From: a virus
Strand: one strand, 5' to 3'
DNA length: 64,000 nt
IMG/VR virus record: IMGVR_UViG_3300010354_000069
Location: 8,244-72,243 of that record
Positions 38,301 through 47,300 of this stretch are shown piece after piece. The notes beneath the pieces were generated by a model that saw nothing but the letters and a program-made list of their open reading frames with translations, was not told the DNA's origin and did not search any database. The stretch's first letter is position 1, and each line of letters starts with the position of its first letter. The translations under genes were made by a program, and so were the position numbers.

Positions 38301-41300
38301 ATATAGCATAAGCTTGTTTTGTTTACTACCGTAATAGTAAGCTTTTACTATACTTGGTGCGTGCACTAGAGCACCTAGTAAACCAGCACGCTTAATGGCA
38401 GACCTTACCTTTTTCATGTAATAGTCTTTAGCAACAGACGGATTATACTGAGTAGCTATAGTATTGCTAGCGCTATGTCTCAACTCGTGCAGTAGAGTTG
38501 AATAGCTATCACTTTCAGAAGCGGATAAAACTTTAGGTTGCTTATTAAAAGATCTTTCTAAGTCTTTTATGGCTTTATGCGATAAAACTATAAATCCACG
38601 ATCCCTGCGTGGGTATCTGGTGTAATAAGCACCAGAAGCGCTACCAAGCCTTGTATAATGTAGCCTTTGCGCTTCTTCGGGCGTTAAAAGATATTGAGCA
38701 CCGGATGTAGCAGCACCAGGAAACATTTGAGCAAGTGTAGTCTTAGCTTTTCTTAGTAAGTTCTGTCTGTCTATAAAGTTTGGATCACTAGAAAGCGCTA
38801 TTAGTTCTTTGTTATACGCATTTTCTAGAGCTTGCGGGCCAGAAAGCTTTCTGTTAGCAACAACCCTTAGTCTACGGTCTACTAAAAACAGTAAACCTGC
38901 ACCTAGCGTTCCAGCCACCATCGTAGCAAAAACGGACAAACCACCCCCAGAAGCTGCGTGGTGTGCAATCCGCGTAGCGGCTTCTGCAGGTGCGCCCAGC
39001 AGTGCGATGCTACCCAGCGTAATTGCGGGAAGAATACTGCGCTTTGCAAGCTTTAAAGCAGTGCTCTTGACCTTGTAGTACAGATGACTGAGCTTTGGCA
39101 GAATACCTGGCGGGAGCGGTAGCTTTCCGGTTTTCTTGCCATAAACATTGGGATTGAGTCCACCGGTAAAAGAGGGCGGCGTCAAGTTTCCGGTGCTTGG
39201 GTTTAGCGGACTTGTACGTGAAGAAGTAAGCTCGCCCGTACCTCGAGAACCCGCTTGGCTACCACCCAATTCGCCAGAGTCACCAGTACCGCCGCTCAGT
39301 CCATCAGAGCCGGTACCTCCCTGCCCAAAAGGCAGAGACTGCTGACCGTTGCGCCCGGAGGGTGCGGTACCTCTAGGGCTTGGAGTATTGACCAAGAAAA
39401 AGATATTTTCCAAAGTACGGTTTACTAGGTCTTGTGTAGTTTTCTCAACGTCGATGTTGACTTCTTGGCTGGAACCCTTACGGCCAATTGTGACTCGGTC
39501 TCCAATCTTGTTAGTTTTTGCCAAGAGGCCACGACCGCGTCTACGGCCAGGTTTAACGTTACGCGGAGCTTGTACAGGACCCCCTGAACCAAACTTCACG
39601 ATATCCGTAAACATCTGTACGAGCTCTTCAGTCACCTGATTGACAATGGCCGTGCGGTCAACACCTTCCTTCAGGCCCGTACCTTCAATGAGGGCTTCTG
39701 CCAGGAACTGCAGTTGGTCGGTAGCACTGCCTTGGTGAGAAGCCAAACGAGCGAGTAAATTTGCCCTACGCTCTCCGTAATTGATACGCTTCCTGCCTGT
39801 GTCAGGGTCTTGGTCAAAACGACGATTGATGTGTTCAGCAACCTTTGCCAAGTGTTGCATTGCAGCAACACCTTGCTGCAGCCTACCTTCAGCCAAACCT
39901 GTGCGATCTTCACCAAAACCAAACGGCAGGCGTAAGAAATTCAACTGGGAAGCGCCACGCATGACCCTTGCGCGCATGTTAAGTGCAGCACTGCGAAGTA
40001 TAGATGCCTTTACAAGAGTTTCTACAGATGGAGCTGCGGATGTAAAAGTTTTACCGTCTTTTGTATGCCTATGCTTGGCAAAATCAAGAATTCCGCCGCT
40101 TTCCTTATCAAGTAGAAAAGTACTAGAAAGTAGATGCTCCAGCGCCTGTATAACGGAGTTGTTGATCTTGTTTAGGTCAGTGCCAATGTCTTTTGTACGC
40201 TCCTCCTCAATAAGACTGATCTGTTCAGTAACTTCGTGTAGACGAGCAGTATCCTCTGGGGTAAAGTTCTCAGTGTCTTTTTCAAGCTTACGCTCAAGCT
40301 TTTTCCTGATAAGCTCAAGTGTGCGTAGTATTTCTTTTCTTCCCGTAGTTTCGTCATAGGTACGAATATTATCGTAGGCTTCTATGAATTCAGGAGAAAC
40401 AAGAACGGCAGTAGTGGGATTTTTAGCTCCTGTCGCAACTACACCAACAACAGATAGCGGTGAAATAGTTCTATCCGCCGTTTCCGCAGCAAGAGTATGC
40501 CCGGCCAAATGTAATGAAACAGACCCTGCTGAATCTTCAAGAAGTATCCTTGAAGCTACTGAATCAGGCCCAGCTGCAAGCTTTTCAAGAGTGCTGTTAA
40601 AACTTTTGACAAGACTATCAACACCTTTAACTGCATCGTGATCTTCAGGCTTGGGTACATCAAGCACTGAAGAGGGCTTTCTCACTTTTTTCCAGATACG
40701 CCAAACCATAAAGGCTGTAAATGCACCGCTAATCAATCCAGAAATTGTACCGTAGGTAGTATCGTTATCATCATCTTCATCGTACCTATGCTTGCCGTCC
40801 TCATTGGCGTTCTTGTTTATATCTTGATAGTTACGCTTTTCATTACGCTCACCGGTGTCAGTGTACGCGTTTGGATTCAAAGTAATCCTTAATGGTTCAG
40901 TAGAGCCAGGTAGAAGCGCACCACGCCTTGTAAACTCTTGGTTGTACAGGGTCTCGGCAGACTTTGCTATGTTTTCTGCAAAACCAAAGGATTTCCACAT
41001 TTTGGTGTAGGCGCCGGGCAAGCTATGCGCAGCATCCTTGTTCTTGCTGAGATACTCTTCAATTTGAGCCGCAGTAGGAACTTGAGTACTGCCCGTAGGC
41101 GTGGCAGTAGGCGTGTGCATAGGGTCAAGTACAGTACCTCCAGCACGTACTTCATAGTGTACGTGCGGGCCAGTCGAATGTCCGGTGCTACCTTGAATAC
41201 CGATGCGCTGCCCGCGCACCAGAATGTCTCCTACGCTTACGCCGACTTCGTTGGCCGCATCATCTGCCAAGTGCCCGTACAGGATATCAACTGGCTTACC

Positions 41301-44300
41301 CTTGACTTTTAGTTCGGTCCGGACGATTACTACGTTGCCGTAACCACCCTTGACGCCCTTTTCAATAACTCGACCACCCACGAAAGCTACTACAGGAACA
41401 TTAGTAGAGCCAGTCTTGGTGTCGTAGAACTGTATGTCTACACCTTGGTGCAGGTGTGTTCCACGGTCTCTTAGATAAGGGCTGGTGACGTTGTAGCTAA
41501 TGCCGCGCTCCGTTGCCACAGGAAAACCGGTAAGGCTAGGAGTAGAGCGCAGAATAGCGGTGTGCAGCAGCTCAGCGCGCTGTTTTCTAGTAGGTGCGTA
41601 CCCCAGAAAGTGACTAACTTGGTTGTAGGTTTCAGGATCGTCATAGGGCAGGTATTGCCCTCCTCTTGCCATTTGAGTTCTAACGCGCTGTGCAACATCC
41701 CTTGCTTCTGCCTTTGGCATCTTCAAGTTCTTGCTGATGTAAGCAGCAAGATCCGTTGTATTCTCGATGCCCTTGAGAGAGCCAAAGTGCTCGTTGATGT
41801 ACTTGTAGTACTCTACCTGTTTGATGTAGCGCTGTGTTTCCAGCGGGAGTTTGCCACCAGGCCTCAAAGAACGCATGAAGCCAGTAACACCAGCGTTGTA
41901 CGCAGCGGCTACCTCAAGATCCGTAGGAGCGCGACCTAGCTTTTTGACTAGCTCACGACGGAACTGAGCGAGAATATTGGCACCGGTGACAATACTGGTG
42001 CGGGGGTCAAAGAGGTTGAGCTTGCCCGTTGGGTCATGAGCTTCCGGAACAATTTGCATCAAGCCCCTGGCATTCTTGGGGGAAACCATGCGCTCGTTGT
42101 AGTCACCGCCGGTTTCAGCCTGCATGATAGACCTGATAAAGCTCTCGGCCTCACCAGAGCGTTTGCTGGCTTCCGTGATAAAAGCCGAGTACTTCTCAGG
42201 AACCGGGCCAGCACTGCCTGTGCGTACTGGTCCACCGGTTACTTCTGCAAGAGTAGACAGAATAGTACGTCTGCCAGGAACCGCACCTTCAGCTCTTTCG
42301 GCAGCACTTGTTCTGCTGCGAACTTCAAATCCACTCCAACCACCGGTGAACATGTAGTTGTACATGGCGTTAGCACCACCCAGTACAGCCGTTTCATACA
42401 TCAGAGCGCGGCGGTGCAGTTCACCCATGATAATCTGATCTACTGACGGTACGGGCGCAAACTTGAAAGCCCTCTTGGCAGACACATTCCCGCCACCGGT
42501 TCTGGGCCTAGCCATGTACATGGAGGCAAAAGACATGTTCAAGAGATTGTCGTTGGAACTAGACATCAGTCCGGTGTTTGAAAAAGACTGAAGTACTTCA
42601 GGCGCAACTACGGTAAGTAGTGACGCGCCAATACCACGCTTTGTAAAACGGACCTGTTCGGCAATTTCTAGCTTGGCCGCGGTAGACATCCAAGCGCGCT
42701 CGGAAGCAACACCGTAGAAGATGGGAGAGTACGAACGCCACAGTGCGTGCCTGGCAGAAAAGCTTGTCTCTCCGGCATCGCCTGACTCCAGAAGTCCAGC
42801 TTTAATTTGGGTGTTTACAAAGGTATCTGCCCAGTAGTTAAGCAAACCAGCAGCAAATTTTAGTGGCTTGTCAGAAACCTTCTTGTATTCCTTGTTCAGG
42901 GTCATGGACAGCAGGTAATCTGCCGACTGATTCAAGTAACCGGCTGCACCGACGTTAAACGTTCTAAATATCGCGGATACGCCGGTATTCAACTGTTTCA
43001 GGGCATCTACCTTATCAGCGTGTTCCTGCACCCAGCCAATACTGTCGATAAGACCGCCAATAAAGAACTTGTTTACACGGTCACCCCAGTTAAGTTCTTT
43101 ACCCTCTTTCTCTTTTGTTAGTGCTTCTTCGTACTGAGACTTACCTACTGCACTGCTTAGTGAGAATGATGCCCAGCCTACAAGGCCACCAACAAGTAGA
43201 CCCGCAAAGCCTGCAACCCGACCACCTTTTGCTGCCCCAAGCGCTATTGCTCCTGCAGCAGCTAACTCTGAGGTTTTCTTGGTTGCGAGCAGTGTACCGC
43301 CAAGAACAAAGGTTTTCCAAAGTTCAGAAGCACCTTCCTCACGAAACGTTTGTCTGGCCTCTCTAGAAATTGTTGGATCCGCAGCAATTGCAATGTTTGA
43401 TACTGCACCGTAGGCACCGGAGAGGAGCATCGGCCTTACAATAGCTTTGTCAGCAATCTTCATGATTCCAGAAATACCGCCTAATGCAAACGCACCAAGT
43501 CCAATACCATACAAGCCAAATGTCACGGAATTTTCATAAGATTCAGTTGTATCAAGTAGACTCTTGCTAAGAAGCGCCAAAGACGCTAGAAGAGCTGTTG
43601 CTCTAAATCCGTAACCCAGACCAGTCATAAAGCTGGAGAATCTTGTAATCCTAGTTGCGCTTTGAATGTTCTTCGACGCAATCCGCTCTTCCTGGGCGGT
43701 GCTAGCGGTGTGGTGGCTTGGATCTGCTGTGCCTATGGAGCCAGCACGAACCTCGTGTATACCGACGGCTGGAGGAGGTGGGGGAGGTGTACCACCAAGT
43801 TGCGGTTCGGGGACGTGAGCACCAACCGAACGAAGTTTCCAGAACGTGAAAGTCTTTCTGATGCTGCCAACAAACGTAGAAGCTCTCAAACCCGCGCGGT
43901 TCAAGAAGCCAGGCATATCTACAGGTTTAAGGCCCATGACGTCGTCAAAGTCACGGAACACGCCAAAAACAGTACGCTCAAATAGGTTTATTTCCTTAGC
44001 AAAGTCACCACCCGCAGTTAGTCTTGTACGAATGCCCTGCAGTTCGTTCATGGCGGTGAGGTAGCGCTTACCTGGAGACCACCCAGGCGGTGGTGCTGGT
44101 GAACCAGGGCCGTGCCCGGCAAAAGATTCCAGAATAATTTCAAGGCGCCTGATAGTTCCCAGCGTTCTGGTTACATCCTTGGTTTCTGCAAGCGCTTTGA
44201 TATCGCCATAAGTTTCAATGACAGCTCTAGCAATTTGTTGGTAGCCCAGAGCACGGGCTCGACCCGAAATGACACTACCTCTTGGCAATATTCCCTCGCC

Positions 44301-47300
44301 AAATGGCTCGCCGTTTGCCGCGCCAAGCATCGAGAAGCCCCCACCCGGTCTGGGCATCCTCAGTACCGAAGCGTCGGAAGGGTTATACTCAAGAGTAAGG
44401 GGATCCAACACCTTGCCCGCTGACGTCACCTCTACAGCGCGCATCAAGCGACGGATGTCAAAACCCTTAAGGGGATCGTCTGCCTTAAGATTCTTCGTTA
44501 CGTTGTAAGCCGCGCGCAAGGCAGGATCCCTACTAATAGTCAGCAAGGTCCTAGCGGCTGCAATCCCGTGGCCGGCAAACATTGCAGCTGTACCCAAAGC
44601 AAAACCAAGCCAGATGGCACCAATTCGAGTCTGCTGGTTACTGTTGACTTCGCTGTTGGAAAAGTTTAGCAAGAACTCTTCAGGACTACTGTTTCTACTT
44701 AACGGACGAAGAATTTTCTTGTTCATGCCAAAAGGCAATGTATCAAAAGTATCAGAATCATCTTCCATCTCTGTGATAGGCATTCCAGCTGCCTGCTGTG
44801 CAGCCTTGTGCCCCTCTATGTAAGCCATGATGCCCCTGTAAGTAGGAGACTGCTCCAAGGTGGCTAAGAATTCTTGATCAATGCCATCAGGCAATTTAAA
44901 CAGTTCCACCTCTTTGGCTTTTTCATAAAACCTGTTTGCGTACCCAGCGTATTCCTTGGCTAAAGCAGCAACATCGTAGGAATCGTACGGTTTCATTCCA
45001 GGTGCTGTACGAAGCGGGTTGACGATCAGTGGTCTAACGCCCTGAACCAAGTTGTTCTGAGTATCGTAGCGACCCATAGCATAGTGCGTGTAGTAAGCCT
45101 GTTTTGATAGGCGAGAGTATCCGCCTACATATGCTTTTTCACCACCCAAGTAGTCGTTCATCTCTGCTGGCCAAGCTACAAGTGCCGTTCGCGCAAGAGC
45201 CTGACGGTTGCGGAGTGCCAGTTTAAGACCCGGCGACAGGTTGTATACCGGCGACTCCGACGAGAACATGCGCCCCATGAACGCCGGCTTACGAGCAGGA
45301 GCAAATCCTGTCAGCATAGTGTAATCGCCGTAGGTTGCCATCGCCAGCGAGGTCCCGCCGAGTACTTTGTTCTGGGGATTCTGCGGGCGCACGGCTGCAA
45401 TCTTGTTTGACGCAACAGTAAACAGATTACCGAAGCCCATCGAGAAGCGACCTTTGATTCGTGTAAAGCCGGTGGTATCCTCATCGCGCTCGGTTTGCTG
45501 GGCTGCGGCATAACCATGCTGCATGGCCACGATTTCAGGCCCTTGAATAACACTCTCGCTGCTGAAAGCCGAAAGTACCTTTCGTATGCTCCAGTTGATT
45601 CGCTGTGCCAAGCCCTTCGGTGTGACAGGGAATTTGCCAACAATAGGGTTCATTTCTATGGCAAATGAATCGGTTGGTCTTGAGATAATGATTGGCTGTA
45701 CATCACTTATCTTGCGCTCGCCGCTATTGGCATTTACAAGAACACGAAACCCACTTTCCATAAACTTGTTGAAAGTGCTGGTAACAGCGCCTAACGGAGT
45801 ATTCGGATCGTTGTAATCAATCTTGTACCGGTTTATCTGAGATTGTATGTAAGAACCCGGCGTACCCTCATAGTTACGCTGGTGCAGATTGTAAACAATA
45901 CGTCCAGCCTCAAACACCATCAATGACAAACCAATAGTAGCCAAAGATTGACCTGCGCGTACTGGAGCCATGAAACCACTAGAGAACGACCCACCTAAAA
46001 CCTTTGACGCGGTACCGGTAAGAACACCCACGGGTGCAGTCACGGGTAGAGTAACCACCCGCATGAGCGCTCGCATGGCTACACCGGGTCCCCTGAGCAG
46101 AGTACCAACAACGCGGCGAGCGCTAATTCCGCTAGCACCGCTAGTAGTCTCTGAAGTAAGTATGTTGCCAATATTTGTTAGCGGATCAAGAGAAACTCTT
46201 GTATCCTGACCATACTTCAGGTACCCGGTTACGCGCTCGAACAGCGAGGAAGCGGGAGGCTTAACTCCAGTCAATAAAAGCTCTCGAGCCTGGTAGTGTT
46301 TCTTGGCAGCTAGGTTAGCCAGTGCAAACGTCGTTCCTACTGCAAGTGCAGTAAGGGTTGGCCCAGCAATAGCGGCAGCACCTACATTGAGCTGTGCCAC
46401 TGCTTCCACAAGTGTCGATGGCTTGTAGCCTAAGGACATGATGTTCAGAGCAATTTTGGAAGCAAAGCTTGAAGCGCTATTTTCTTTATTACTTACTGCG
46501 TCGTACAGCAAACGATCAAAGTAGTTGTTGGATTCCTTTACGCCCCTTAGCCAGTACTCTAGCTGCTTGTAGCCGCGCTTTTCCATTCGATAGAAAGGCA
46601 TCGACATAGTGCCAGATCCTTGAAGGGGCAGCGGTGTGATGAAGGATATAGCGTAACTGGTGCGACCGCCCTGTGTAGCTGCGCTAAGGAAAAGTGCCGG
46701 ACCACCCATCCAGCCTATACGCAGGCCGTCAATAGACATCTGATTGATTTCAGACTTGTAGGCAGTAACCGAGAAGTTACGGAAAATGTCTAATGTCTTT
46801 TGAATTGTGCCTTGTACAGCCCCAGGATCACCGGTTATTTGCCCTCTAAAACCTTCGTTGTCCAATTGGCGCATGCGGTCACTAGCCGTCATTGCTGCTG
46901 CTTGCTGTTGCGTGACTACCTTCCAGCTGAAATTGTCTCTGTCAGCCTGAATCATCTTGACGGTGTTGCGGTACAAGGCAGTCGGCGTATTGGCAATGAA
47001 CTCGGTTACAGACTTCAGCGCCCCGCGAACGCTATTGAATTGCCTGAAACCCTGCGAGTACATGAAGGTAAGAGCACCAACTTCCTCCTGGGTGCCATCA
47101 GCTTTGGTAACAACAACGTTTCTAGGAACATTGAACATCTTGTTGGCTTGTCTGAAGCTGGTAAAACCTCGTCCAGACAACAGCTCTGTCAGACCTCCCG
47201 CAACGCTGCCACCGACAATACCGGCAAGGAAGGTACCAAAACCTCTACCACGGGTTACTGCCATACCAGCGCCAAAACCCAGCAGCGACGCAATCTTCGC

